A stretch of DNA of 34,266 bases. Source: a virus (taxonomy: Duplodnaviria > Caudoviricetes). The notes below the pieces were generated by a model. That model worked only from the letters and a program-made list of their open reading frames with translations. It did no database searches and had not been told where the DNA came from. Shown here in pieces: positions 1-7,658 of the stretch. Each line of letters opens with the position of its first letter. Within the stretch, counting starts at the first letter, position 1. The translations under genes and the position numbers were made by a program. Location: positions 1-34,266 of IMG/VR virus record IMGVR_UViG_3300039071_000060; one strand, given 5' to 3'.

Positions 1-107
1 TCCGTGCGTATACCGGCTCACGTCTGAAATGCGCGGACGCGATCGGCAACCAGCTTGGCATATCCAGCAATGTCATCCCAGCTGTCTGCGTAATTGGGAT
101 CGCCATT
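1..107. repeat. 107-bp direct repeat, identical to 34160-34266 (circular assembly overlap)
   Basis: tccgtgcgta...gatcgccatt occurs at both ends, and genes read continuously across the join. Confidence 0.97.
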
Positions 108-284
108 AATGATCCTTCCAATCTTGTGAGCAATCATCTCGAGCGCTTCTTTGTGGTCGTACTCGAGTTTATCCAAGTCGGCGTGAAGAAAGATAGCGCC
201 CTTGATTCCCGCTGTAATGCGGGCGTGGTCAAGGAAGTTCCCATAACGGGAACCTCTCTCTTCCAGAATCTCATTGATGTTCAT
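18..284 (-). CDS. DUF6378-like phage protein
   Basis: ERGSRYGNF...KIGRIINGDPNYADSWDDIAGYAKL motif; ATGA overlap with the upstream gene. Confidence 0.75.
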   Translation of the reverse strand: MNINEILEERGSRYGNFLDHARITAGIKGAIFLHADLDKLEYDHKEALEMIAHKIGRIINGDPNYADSWDDIAGYAKLVADRVRAFQT

Positions 285-505
285 TGCAAATCCTCCGGCA
301 TTGGGAATGGTTCGATTACCATACGGGCATCGAGGGCCTTAAGCATGAGCAGCAACGTCTCTAGAGTAGGGCTGGTCTTGCCATGCTCCACATTAAAGAC
401 GGTGAGACGTGACACGCCTGCGTTCATGGCGGTTTGATCGAGGGTGAGGCCGCGCTTTTTGCGTAGCCCCCTCAACTCTTGAGCGACAGAATTAGAAAGG
501 AACAT
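281..505 (-). CDS. XRE-family HTH transcriptional regulator
   Basis: LRKKRGLTLDQTAMNAGVSRLTVFNVEHGKTSPTLETL is a canonical HTH_3 pattern. Confidence 0.85.
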   Translation of the reverse strand: MFLSNSVAQELRGLRKKRGLTLDQTAMNAGVSRLTVFNVEHGKTSPTLETLLLMLKALDARMVIEPFPMPEDLQ

Positions 506-896
506 CGTCGTTCATCTCGTCAGCAAAGGAGGATGACACGCTGGGTCGGCTCGGCTGTGTGTTGCCATCCGCCCCAGCTTTATCGAGCACAATGCAAGTG
601 CCGCCGTAGGCACCAACCGTGACTTCGCAGACAGTTTTTTCCATGCCGTTCTTGCCCTGGTAGTTACGCATGAAGAGCTCGCCTTCAACGTAAACCTTGC
701 TGCCCTTGCGGGCATCCTTGGCCACCCACTCAGCCTGCTTGCCGAACACGGTGACGTTCACCCAGGCGGTTTGCTTCTCGCCCTTGACCTTCTTGTTGAT
801 GGCAACAGAGAAACTGGTCAACTGATTGCCGTCTCCGTATGCCTTGGACTCAGGATCGCGCCCGAGGTTGCCGATGATAACTGCTTTAGAGAGCAT
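492..896 (-). CDS. ssb: single-stranded DNA-binding protein
   Basis: IIGNLGRDPE, KGSKVYVEGEL and an acidic C-terminal DDVPF tail. Confidence 0.96.
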   Translation of the reverse strand: MLSKAVIIGNLGRDPESKAYGDGNQLTSFSVAINKKVKGEKQTAWVNVTVFGKQAEWVAKDARKGSKVYVEGELFMRNYQGKNGMEKTVCEVTVGAYGGTCIVLDKAGADGNTQPSRPSVSSSFADEMNDDVPF

Positions 897-1083
897 TGAT
901 CTTATCCTTCAGATGGTTGAGGTATGTTTGAACTTCGGGTGCATCAGCACTGACAGTGTGACGCGGCAGCCACTCCTCGAGCAACTCAATCACCTTACGC
1001 TTAACTGCGAACGGTGGATCGAACTCGACAGAGGGTTGAGGGGCGGGCGTCCCCTCCTTCTTTGCCCGTGGCTTTGTTGTCAC
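886..1083 (-). CDS. hypothetical protein
   Basis: GTG start overlaps the ERF stop; fills the operon gap. Confidence 0.65.
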   Translation of the reverse strand: MTTKPRAKKEGTPAPQPSVEFDPPFAVKRKVIELLEEWLPRHTVSADAPEVQTYLNHLKDKINAL

Positions 1084-1667
1084 GCGGTGAGCTCCTTCTT
1101 CCTCTTGGCGTAGGCTTGCCGCACCATCGCAACCTTGGCTGCGTCGATAGTCGAGGCCTTGTCGATGCTGGCGCGATACTGCTCAAGCAGCGTGGCCAAC
1201 TCTTCAACGCTTGCCGCAGTGGAAATACCGCTCGAGAACAAAGCGAGATCCTCAAGAGAGGGATCACGATAGCTTGTGTCCTGGTCAAGATCGGGATCGT
1301 CGCCCGTTTCAAGGCCCAGCGTCTTAAGCAAAGCATACTTAACAGCGTAGGACATGGCCTTGCCCGGGCCCTTGTCCTGGTCATCGAGGCCATAGCCAAA
1401 CGTCTCAACGTCGATGAAGTCTGCAGTGTCGTCGATGTTGACAAAGCGGATCGTCATGCGGGCTTCGGTGCGATTGCCCATCTGCTGTGTCTCGCAACGG
1501 ATAGGGTAATACAAGATGCCGGCCTCGAGCAAAGGCGGGCGAACTTTAGCGGTCACCGCGTCATGGCTGACGATGGTGTAGCGCATCCCCACCTTCTTCT
1601 CTTTCTGGATGTAGGTCACCTTGCCCATCACTTCGGCAAGGCGCTGGTGCAGGTTCTTCAGATTCAT
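1080..1667 (-). CDS. erf: ERF-family ssDNA annealing protein
   Basis: DKGPGKAMSYAVKYALLKTLGLETGDDPD matches the ERF signature; lies between the exonuclease and SSB. Confidence 0.88.
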   Translation of the reverse strand: MNLKNLHQRLAEVMGKVTYIQKEKKVGMRYTIVSHDAVTAKVRPPLLEAGILYYPIRCETQQMGNRTEARMTIRFVNIDDTADFIDVETFGYGLDDQDKGPGKAMSYAVKYALLKTLGLETGDDPDLDQDTSYRDPSLEDLALFSSGISTAASVEELATLLEQYRASIDKASTIDAAKVAMVRQAYAKRKKELTA

Positions 1668-1993
1668 ACTTCCTCCTGGTAGTAATCACGATGGCACCAC
1701 ACGACGGCGTGACGCCCACTGGAAAGGCGCGCACGGCGACGGGTGGGGACAATCAACCCTTGTGCCGTTAGCTCTGCTCTGCGTGTGCGATAGGTGCTGC
1801 CCCGGCACTCGAACCAGTTAGACAGCATCTCATCCGTGAAGCCTTCTTCTGCCTGATTGGCAGCGTAGAAAAGCACGATGGCTTGCAGCCTGCCGCGCTT
1901 ATCGACAACGCTCTCGGCAGCCTTCTTGCTAGTGTCAGGATCGTGCCTGCGGTGCAGCTTGATACGCACACCGTCTTCTTCTTGAGTCATCAT
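1664..1993 (-). CDS. putative winged-helix DNA-binding phage protein
   Basis: RRHDPDTSKKAA and GFTDEML...STYRTRRAEL motifs; start moved to the ATG overlapping the upstream TGA. Confidence 0.6.
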   Translation of the reverse strand: MMTQEEDGVRIKLHRRHDPDTSKKAAESVVDKRGRLQAIVLFYAANQAEEGFTDEMLSNWFECRGSTYRTRRAELTAQGLIVPTRRRARLSSGRHAVVWCHRDYYQEEV

Positions 1994-2238
1994 TCGTCTG
2001 TCTCCCACTCTATCTCACTGCTCAATTCGTAGATTGCATTGATGACCTCCTTGGGCAGCGAGTCCTCGCTCACTAGAACACCAAGGATTTCGATCCATTG
2101 GATTGTGATCGAGTCGCTGATTGGTTCCCACCAAGTGGGCGATCCTGGAACGCCATAGTCCTGGCACTCCATGCGGCAGTTAAACTCAACGTCGACAGAC
2201 CCGGTGAGATACTTGCCTACTCCATCCTTGCCTCTCAT
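1990..2238 (-). CDS. hypothetical protein
   Basis: ATGA-coupled to both neighbours; AAGGAGG RBS. Confidence 0.7.
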   Translation of the reverse strand: MRGKDGVGKYLTGSVDVEFNCRMECQDYGVPGSPTWWEPISDSITIQWIEILGVLVSEDSLPKEVINAIYELSSEIEWETDE

Positions 2239-3056
2239 GGTTCCTCCTTCATTGCTCGAAGCGACAAACGATTGCGGCGATCACGGCGCACGATAACGCC
2301 AGAGCCAAAGGCTTCGGCTGCATCATCGGGCACAAGGCTCTTGATCTCCTTGGCGACAACCTCGTGACGAGCGGCAGCATCGCGTGTCTCCTGCCACTCC
2401 TGTGCAAACACTACCCACTGGTTGTTAGTGGTCATGTCTACCGTGCGCAGGCCATCGATCAGGACTTCGAACGTCTCCTTCTCGAGCGCAGCGGCTTGCC
2501 CTTTGGGTTCAATGTCGGGCGGCACCTTGTGCTGCACATGCCACCAGAACGCTTCCTCCATCTTGATGAGCTCATCGATGTAGGTCTGGTTGCGATCTAT
2601 CAAGCAGAACTCAGGGTCGTCGTTGCCCTTGATGATCGAGAAGTAGCAATACGGAACGTCGGCCACTTCGATGTAGTGCTGCAGCTGGGGCATGTAGTAA
2701 CGCGCCTTCTCACGTAGCGTTGCCCTAGCATTGGTATGCTTGAGCTCGACGAACGTGCCCTGATGCGTAACCCAGCCATCGAGGTTGGCGTACATGTGCG
2801 GGATCGAGCGGTGCACCATGAAGGGCGCAGCCGTTTCAATCGGCAGCCCCGTAATCTTGGTGAACCAGCGCGCGTGAAGCGGTTCGGTCGTGATGCCAAG
2901 CTGCACCTTGAACACGTTGCTCAAGTCCTCTGGCTCCGTGAGCCTGAGCTTTTCCATGTAGAGTGCGCGCCACTCGCCTCGTGCGATACGCATTGCATCG
3001 CTGCCACCGATGCCTCGGCCGCGATTGATAGTGCTCATGATATTGATAGGTTCCAT
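2235..3056 (-). CDS. YqaJ / lambda-exonuclease family nuclease
   Basis: RGIGGSDA, ANLDG, VELKH and YMPQLQHY motifs. Confidence 0.92.
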   Translation of the reverse strand: MEPINIMSTINRGRGIGGSDAMRIARGEWRALYMEKLRLTEPEDLSNVFKVQLGITTEPLHARWFTKITGLPIETAAPFMVHRSIPHMYANLDGWVTHQGTFVELKHTNARATLREKARYYMPQLQHYIEVADVPYCYFSIIKGNDDPEFCLIDRNQTYIDELIKMEEAFWWHVQHKVPPDIEPKGQAAALEKETFEVLIDGLRTVDMTTNNQWVVFAQEWQETRDAAARHEVVAKEIKSLVPDDAAEAFGSGVIVRRDRRNRLSLRAMKEEP

Positions 3057-3065
3057 GTGTTCCCC

Positions 3066-3506
3066 TTACCAGCTGGATTGATAATAGAAGTCGAGGTGCT
3101 TGGCGTCCTCGTCGAATACGATCAATGTCAATGCATCGATGGTGTATTGCACATCTTCGAAGTAGCTTTCGTCATAGGCTGTGCCGCCAAAGAAAAAGCC
3201 TTCTACAGTAGGCAACAACTCATGGGCCAGGTGATGCTCGAGCATCACCTTCTTGCACACAGCAAGTAGCTTCTCGAGGTCGTGAGTGCCCACGTCATAT
3301 TCGTTGCAGTCATCAACGCCGGCTTGCACGTTACGCACAAACCAACCGTGGATGTGATTAGCTTTGCGCCAGCAAGCAGCCTCGTATTCAATCTGCTTCG
3401 GACGATAGTGTGACTTGGCCAGATTGAGGCGCTTCACTGCCTCAACTATTGCTTCCTGATGACGCCAGATATACCGCTTGGCGGTAAGATACATATCCAG
3501 TCCCAT
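3066..3506 (-). CDS. conserved phage protein (MGLDMYL...WRKAN type)
   Basis: GGAGG RBS before MGLDMYL; WRKANHIHGWF, GFFFG and YYQSSW motifs are recognisable from phage hypotheticals. Confidence 0.75.
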   Translation of the reverse strand: MGLDMYLTAKRYIWRHQEAIVEAVKRLNLAKSHYRPKQIEYEAACWRKANHIHGWFVRNVQAGVDDCNEYDVGTHDLEKLLAVCKKVMLEHHLAHELLPTVEGFFFGGTAYDESYFEDVQYTIDALTLIVFDEDAKHLDFYYQSSW

Positions 3507-3530
3507 GTTTTCCTCCGTGGTAGTGTGGTT

Positions 3531-3559
3531 GTTGTATACTGCGGCCATGCAGATTGCAA
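3531..3559 (-). promoter_or_regulatory. putative sigma70 promoter for the recombination operon
   Basis: TTGCAA-N17-TACAAC in the intergenic gap. Confidence 0.5.
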
Positions 3560-3565
3560 TAGCAT

Positions 3566-3988
3566 TTAACTGCGGCTGTGCAATTTCTGCAAGGCAAGCT
3601 TCACCCTGTGGTCGGCACGATTCAGCCGGGTGATGAACTGATCGAGGTCTTTGCGCTCCTCCTTGGCTGCTTCGATAAAGTCAGCAGGCAAGGGTAGCTT
3701 CGGCCACTTGTGCGTCTTGATAAGTTTGAACGCAGCGGCCTTGAACTTGTAGCTTGGCATGTCCTTCAGCGCACCGAAGTATAGCTTGATCCCTAACGTG
3801 CTAGGCACACTGACCTGGAGCATCTCTGCCATTGATCCCAGCACATCTACTATCTCCTCACGGCTGACAGGCGGGAGCGCTTGCTCCACTTGTGAGCAAG
3901 CAAGCGCGAACGCATTGGCTGCCGTCTCCAGCTTCTCTGCACCGTAATGCAGAATCTCCCACGACAGGGTGTTAGCCGGCATCTCCAT
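3566..3988 (-). CDS. putative helicase loader (lambda P / G39P-like position)
   Basis: Directly follows the initiator; YFGALKDMP...LIKTHKWPKLPLPADF resembles loader-type proteins. The start is uncertain because the longer ORF from 4300 overlaps the initiator. Confidence 0.5.
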   Translation of the reverse strand: MEMPANTLSWEILHYGAEKLETAANAFALACSQVEQALPPVSREEIVDVLGSMAEMLQVSVPSTLGIKLYFGALKDMPSYKFKAAAFKLIKTHKWPKLPLPADFIEAAKEERKDLDQFITRLNRADHRVKLALQKLHSRS

Positions 3989-4601
3989 CCAGTGCCGCAA
4001 GGAGTCGAGCTCGATTGTCCTGAGTTCGGCTGGCAGCGTTGTTGCTGGGTCGCTGACGTTGGAAAGTTGACGACCGCCTGATCCAGTTGCGCCAGGTTGC
4101 TCGCCAGTCGACCATCGTTTTCCCGTTTCCGATCCAGTAATCACGGAACCTATCTGTTTCATTGACCGCCTCCACGTTTGGGAACGCCTGCCGTGCCCAT
4201 TCCAAATCGTCGTCACTGGGAACCCAATCAGGCGAGAGCCGATGCGGCGCAGCCTTCTTAGGTTTTGGTTCTTGATGGTTGTATGATGGTTTGGGGGCAT
4301 CTGCTGCCCCCCTCCCCGGCATCTCCTGCCCCTCCCCCCGGCACGTGGTGCCCCCCTCTAATTTGTAAGAGGAGCTACGTCCTATCTTATGGGTGGTGGT
4401 GACAAGGCCCTGCTCCTCGAGCCGACGCAGTGCCATGCGAACGGCCCGCTCAGACAATGAGGTATACAGGCAGACACGAGCAACCGATGGCCAGCAGTCA
4501 CCTGTTGGATCGGCATGATTTGCGAGTGCTATTAGGACAGCCTTGTCAGCAGGGCTATCGAGTGGTAACTGGAAAGCCCAGTTCAGCATCTCTATGGACA
4601 T
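3972..4601 (-). CDS. replication initiator (N-terminal HTH_36-like domain, C-terminal DnaT-like domain)
   Basis: DKAVLIALANHAD...CWPSVARV...SERAVRMALRRLEEQGLV; C-terminal FRDYW...DWRATWRNW; internal iterons. Confidence 0.85.
   Translation of the reverse strand: MSIEMLNWAFQLPLDSPADKAVLIALANHADPTGDCWPSVARVCLYTSLSERAVRMALRRLEEQGLVTTTHKIGRSSSYKLEGGTTCRGEGQEMPGRGAADAPKPSYNHQEPKPKKAAPHRLSPDWVPSDDDLEWARQAFPNVEAVNETDRFRDYWIGNGKTMVDWRATWRNWIRRSSTFQRQRPSNNAASRTQDNRARLLAALDGDAG
4261..4358. repeat. putative replication origin: three 22-bp iterons plus an adjacent T-rich tract
   Basis: GGCA-N5-TGCCCC units start at 4296, 4318 and 4340; GATGGTT repeats at 4261-4292. Confidence 0.75.
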
Positions 4602-4639
4602 TCTTCCTCCATTGCTGGACCCTTCCGTGTGTGGGACCT

Positions 4640-4669
4640 TGGGGAGCCTGTGTGGTAGCGGGCTCCCCA
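4640..4669. terminator. GC-rich stem-loop between the nuclease and initiator genes
   Basis: tggggagcctg/cgggctcccca; the T-run is on the + strand side. Confidence 0.45.
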
Positions 4670-4673
4670 GTTT

Positions 4674-5180
4674 TTACCCCGGTTTGTCAGCCCAATTGGC
4701 TATTGAATTGCCGGGTATTTCTAGAATCTCGATACCATGCACAGCCTGGACGAGCTTCTTTTTGATCTTGTAAACGTCCGTGACCATGCCCTTCACATCT
4801 TCCCAGATGGAGCGGATGCCAACGCCTCGATCATCAATGACAACGTAGGCAAAGTCGGCAATGTATGTGCAAATCAATCGGTTATTGACGACGCATGGCA
4901 GCTTGACCTGACAACGTAGGTTGTCGATCATGTTACGTTCCATCATAGATTTAAGTTGAAGATAGCGCTTACCTTCGGCAGCACTGGCAAACCACATGCC
5001 ATCGATGCGCTCACCGGCTGCGTTGTATTTATTCTTGCGAGGTCCAGCCTTTCCAGCACGGCGAACACCACCACGTTTCGCCACTGTCTTGGCTAAGACA
5101 GGCGTTTCGGGTGTCTCCGCAACAGGTGCACTGCTTGAAGATAGGTCCTCGGACTCGCTCAACTTTTGGCTTTGACTCAT
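4674..5180 (-). CDS. DUF1064-family PD-(D/E)xK endonuclease
   Basis: RKNKYNA...DGMWFASAAEGKRY...YIADFAY...EDVKG...YKIKKKL; the ATG at 5180 overlaps the upstream TGA. Confidence 0.85.
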   Translation of the reverse strand: MSQSQKLSESEDLSSSSAPVAETPETPVLAKTVAKRGGVRRAGKAGPRKNKYNAAGERIDGMWFASAAEGKRYLQLKSMMERNMIDNLRCQVKLPCVVNNRLICTYIADFAYVVIDDRGVGIRSIWEDVKGMVTDVYKIKKKLVQAVHGIEILEIPGNSIANWADKPG

Positions 5181-5437
5181 GCTTCTTCCTTCGCAACGAA
5201 CTTGATCCCTAATGCTTTGGCCCAGCACATCAGGAAGAACGCACCAGGAAGTCGGGCCATGCTTTCCCACTTGGCAACCATTGCCTCGCTCATACCAAGA
5301 CGGTCATTCAGTTCAGCTTGGCTCATGCCAAGTTGCTTCCGTTTGGATACGAGCTCACCGATAAGATCAGCGTAAAACTTCTGCTCTTCCGAACTGACCT
5401 GTCGTGTGTGAACAACTCTGATCGGTGGTAGTTGCAT
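5177..5437 (-). CDS. XRE-family HTH regulator
   Basis: RKQLGMSQAELNDRLGMSEAMVAKWES...WAKALG; GGAG RBS. Confidence 0.85.
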   Translation of the reverse strand: MQLPPIRVVHTRQVSSEEQKFYADLIGELVSKRKQLGMSQAELNDRLGMSEAMVAKWESMARLPGAFFLMCWAKALGIKFVAKEEA

Positions 5438-5618
5438 CGCTTGCGCTCCTGATTGCATTGGCAACTTTCAGTGCCGTGTCGAAGCGCAAGTCTTGGCCAT
5501 TCATCACGCGATAATACGTGCTGTCTGGGATACCGGCCTGAAGGAAGGCTTGCTTGAGCCTGATGTGTTGGCTATCGGCAAGCACTTCCAACTGGTCGAT
5601 GTATGATATGAGTTTCAT
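5367..5618 (-). CDS. Cro-like HTH regulator
   Basis: LKQAFLQAGIPDSTYYRVMNGQDLRFDTALKV; GGAGG RBS with a promoter directly upstream. Confidence 0.7.
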   Translation of the reverse strand: MKLISYIDQLEVLADSQHIRLKQAFLQAGIPDSTYYRVMNGQDLRFDTALKVANAIRSASDATTTDQSCSHTTGQFGRAEVLR

Positions 5619-5629
5619 GCTGCGCCTCC

Positions 5630-5664
5630 GCAGTTGGTATACTGCAAAGGCGCAGGCATGACAA
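5630..5664 (-). promoter_or_regulatory. putative sigma70 promoter with an overlapping palindromic operator
   Basis: TTGTCA-N17-TATACC; the GCAGT-N6-ACTGC dyad at 5630-5645 covers the -10. Confidence 0.6.
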
Positions 5665-5665
5665 G

Positions 5666-5953
5666 TTACTCCTTCTCGGTTGGTTCGACCGGCTTCTCGG
5701 GCTTGCTGTCTGCCCACTGCACCGACTTAATCTCAAACGAAATTTCGTTCTGCACCGACTTAATCTCAAACGAAATTTCGTTTTTCGGCTTGGGGAAGTA
5801 GACGTAACCATCGGTTGACATGTATTCGTAGTCGACAGCACGAGCGTCCTCCACCATGCAACGCACAATGCTTAGGTTCATGTCGTTCAAGGGCAACATG
5901 TAGTTGTCCCATCCGCACTTAACCAGGATGACGTATCGATTCTCGTAAGTCAT
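5666..5953 (-). CDS. hypothetical protein with an 11-aa tandem duplication
   Basis: GGAGG RBS; NEISFEIKSVQ occurs twice. Confidence 0.7.
   Translation of the reverse strand: MTYENRYVILVKCGWDNYMLPLNDMNLSIVRCMVEDARAVDYEYMSTDGYVYFPKPKNEISFEIKSVQNEISFEIKSVQWADSKPEKPVEPTEKE
5717..5782. repeat. perfect 33-bp tandem duplication
   Basis: ctgcaccgacttaatctcaaacgaaatttcgtt at 5717-5749 and 5750-5782. Confidence 0.95.
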
Positions 5954-5989
5954 TGTATTCCCCTCCGAATGTGTGGTTTGGGTAGGGGG

Positions 5990-6340
5990 TTAATCTGCAG
6001 GCAACCAAAGAACTCGACCATTGATTTTCAACGGAGTGACGAAGGCAATCTGTGCCTTGTGTTCGAGCAAAGTTAGCTCGGGCATTACGCTTTCTCCATC
6101 GCCATCCGTGCCAAGGATTAACCCCTTGCCAGCGAGAGGCTGAGGATAATGACGGTGCATGAAGAAGGCAGTCTCTGCCTTGAACAAGCCTTCGTCATCA
6201 ACGTAGATGGTGTCGCCACTGCTAAGACCTGCAGGTGCGAACAGATCACAGCCAATCAGCTTGCTGATCTGCCGCCAGTTGCCGTCGTATTCAATCTCCG
6301 TTACCTCTTTGGCAAACGGATCAACCAGGATAGCCTTCAT
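5990..6340 (-). CDS. DUF3846-like protein
   Basis: MKAILVDP...IYVDDEGLFK...PLAGKGLILGTDGDGES. Confidence 0.75.
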   Translation of the reverse strand: MKAILVDPFAKEVTEIEYDGNWRQISKLIGCDLFAPAGLSSGDTIYVDDEGLFKAETAFFMHRHYPQPLAGKGLILGTDGDGESVMPELTLLEHKAQIAFVTPLKINGRVLWLPAD

Positions 6341-6381
6341 TTGTTTTTCTCCTAAAACTTCTAGCTTCTAGCTTGTTGCAC

Positions 6382-6654
6382 TTACAGGCAGCGGCCAATC
6401 ACATCGACGCTGCGCTCAAGTTGATCCCGCAATCGGTTCGACAAGTTGTAGATGGCGGACGGCAGCATCTGCTGAATGTTGACGTGCAACATCAAAGCAT
6501 CTGCAATTTGTAGCGCCTCCTTCACTTGATCTTGGATAGCCAGGAGTTTTTCAATCTCCTCGCGCTCAATGTTCTCGTAGACATCGGCAAGCCAAGCGTC
6601 CTCCTGGGACTGGCGCTCGAATGCCTCGAGCTCTAGTGCTTTCATCCTCCCCAT
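6382..6654 (-). CDS. hypothetical protein
   Basis: MGRMK start after GAGG, TGATG-coupled to the upstream mini-ORF. Confidence 0.65.
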   Translation of the reverse strand: MGRMKALELEAFERQSQEDAWLADVYENIEREEIEKLLAIQDQVKEALQIADALMLHVNIQQMLPSAIYNLSNRLRDQLERSVDVIGRCL

Positions 6655-6743
6655 CACTTCCTCCCTTCGAAGATGCTGATCCAAGCATACACACACGCAA
6701 CAACTAGAGCTCCCTCGATCATGATGTGGTAGGCAGTGCTCAT
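6654..6743 (-). CDS. 29-aa putative membrane peptide
   Basis: MSTAYHIMIEGALVVACVYAWISIFEGRK; GGAG RBS; hydrophobic core; coupled stop. Confidence 0.55.
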   Translation of the reverse strand: MSTAYHIMIEGALVVACVYAWISIFEGRK

Positions 6744-6760
6744 GATGTGTCTCCGTGTGT

Positions 6761-6791
6761 GAAGAAAAGGGGAGAGCCGAAGCCCTCCCCC
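6761..6791 (-). terminator. Rho-independent terminator
   Basis: GGGGAGGGC-TTCG-GCTCTCCCC followed by TTTTCTTC, just after the stop at 6799. Confidence 0.85.
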
Positions 6792-6798
6792 GTGGGTG

Positions 6799-7302
6799 TT
6801 AGGCGGCTTCCTCCGAAGCCACCTCGACACCGCCACCGCGCGTCATCTCACCGTCGATGCCATACCGCTTGGCAGCATCGAGTGCCGCGCTCTGGAACCG
6901 ACGTTCTGCCTGCGGCTTGATGGTCGGAGTGACGAAGCGTTCGTCAGTGTGTTGCTCGTAGCGGTATGTTGCAGCTTCAAGCACTTGCTCGAGGTGAACG
7001 ATCTGCGTCTCGATCCGCTGGGCCCACTCGATTGCGCGGGCCAACTGAACCTCGGAAAGCTCGTCACCCCGGTGCGACTTGGCTGCCAGGCGAACCTTGG
7101 CAACAGCTTCATCGTGGCTGGTCTTGCTGGACTGGAGCGTCATTGCGGCGGCGTAGCAGATGCCGTTGAGTATGCGCTTCTGTGCATAACCGAGCTTGTT
7201 GCGACGGACGATCTGTCCTTCCTTCGTCTGATACTCTTCAATATCAGTCATGAATTCCGCGATGGTCTGGATCGCTTTGGACATAGCAGTAACTGAAGTC
7301 AT
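6799..7302 (-). CDS. hypothetical helical protein, first gene of the early arm
   Basis: GGAG RBS before MTSVTAMSK; followed by its own terminator. Confidence 0.75.
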   Translation of the reverse strand: MTSVTAMSKAIQTIAEFMTDIEEYQTKEGQIVRRNKLGYAQKRILNGICYAAAMTLQSSKTSHDEAVAKVRLAAKSHRGDELSEVQLARAIEWAQRIETQIVHLEQVLEAATYRYEQHTDERFVTPTIKPQAERRFQSAALDAAKRYGIDGEMTRGGGVEVASEEAA

Positions 7303-7583
7303 GGTAGTTCTCCGTGTGACCACCGGGGACCGCCCCCGGCGTAGCAACAACGCAGCAGGGCGTTCGCGGTTCTGCATCAAGGGTGGAGCGCAGCGACATC
7401 CCGGAGGGATGCGAAGCACCCTTGAGGCGGGTTCCGAACCCATGCAAGGAAGGTGCGGCCGGTGCGGTTCCTGTGGGCACTGAGACTGCCAGATGATGTG
7501 GAAGCAGTCCAAAGCGGTCTCGACCAGCCTGTCTGTTCTATATCTGTCTTGATTGTCAGTGCGTTAGGATGCCTATCAGTTTC

Positions 7584-7619
7584 GTGCATTGACAGGTGTT
7601 TTGGAAGGGGTCACATAAG
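7584..7619 (+). promoter_or_regulatory. putative promoter for terS
   Basis: Consensus TTGACA at 7589-7594 within GTGCATTG; the -10 is weak. Confidence 0.45.
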
Positions 7620-7658
7620 GGTCGCGCGCGCAGCAGTAACAATCACAAGAGAACTCCC

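Noticed and set aside
1-107. 107-bp repeat as a biological terminal repeat
   Set aside because: It falls within a gene in the middle of an operon, which is typical of assembler overlap on a circular contig
3989-4300. N-terminal extension of ORF 3566-4300
   Set aside because: It overlaps the initiator in another frame and begins inside the iteron region; the start near 3988 fits the operon better
5717-5782. Mini CRISPR array
   Set aside because: The two repeats are directly adjacent with no spacer, lie in frame within a CDS, and no cas genes are present
7303-7512. N-terminal extension of ORF 6799-7512
   Set aside because: A clear RBS precedes the ATG at 7302, and the extension crosses the inverted-repeat element with an implausible composition
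7320-7560. tRNA gene in the structured intergenic region
   Set aside because: No convincing cloverleaf with a TTCRA T-loop and acceptor stem on either strand
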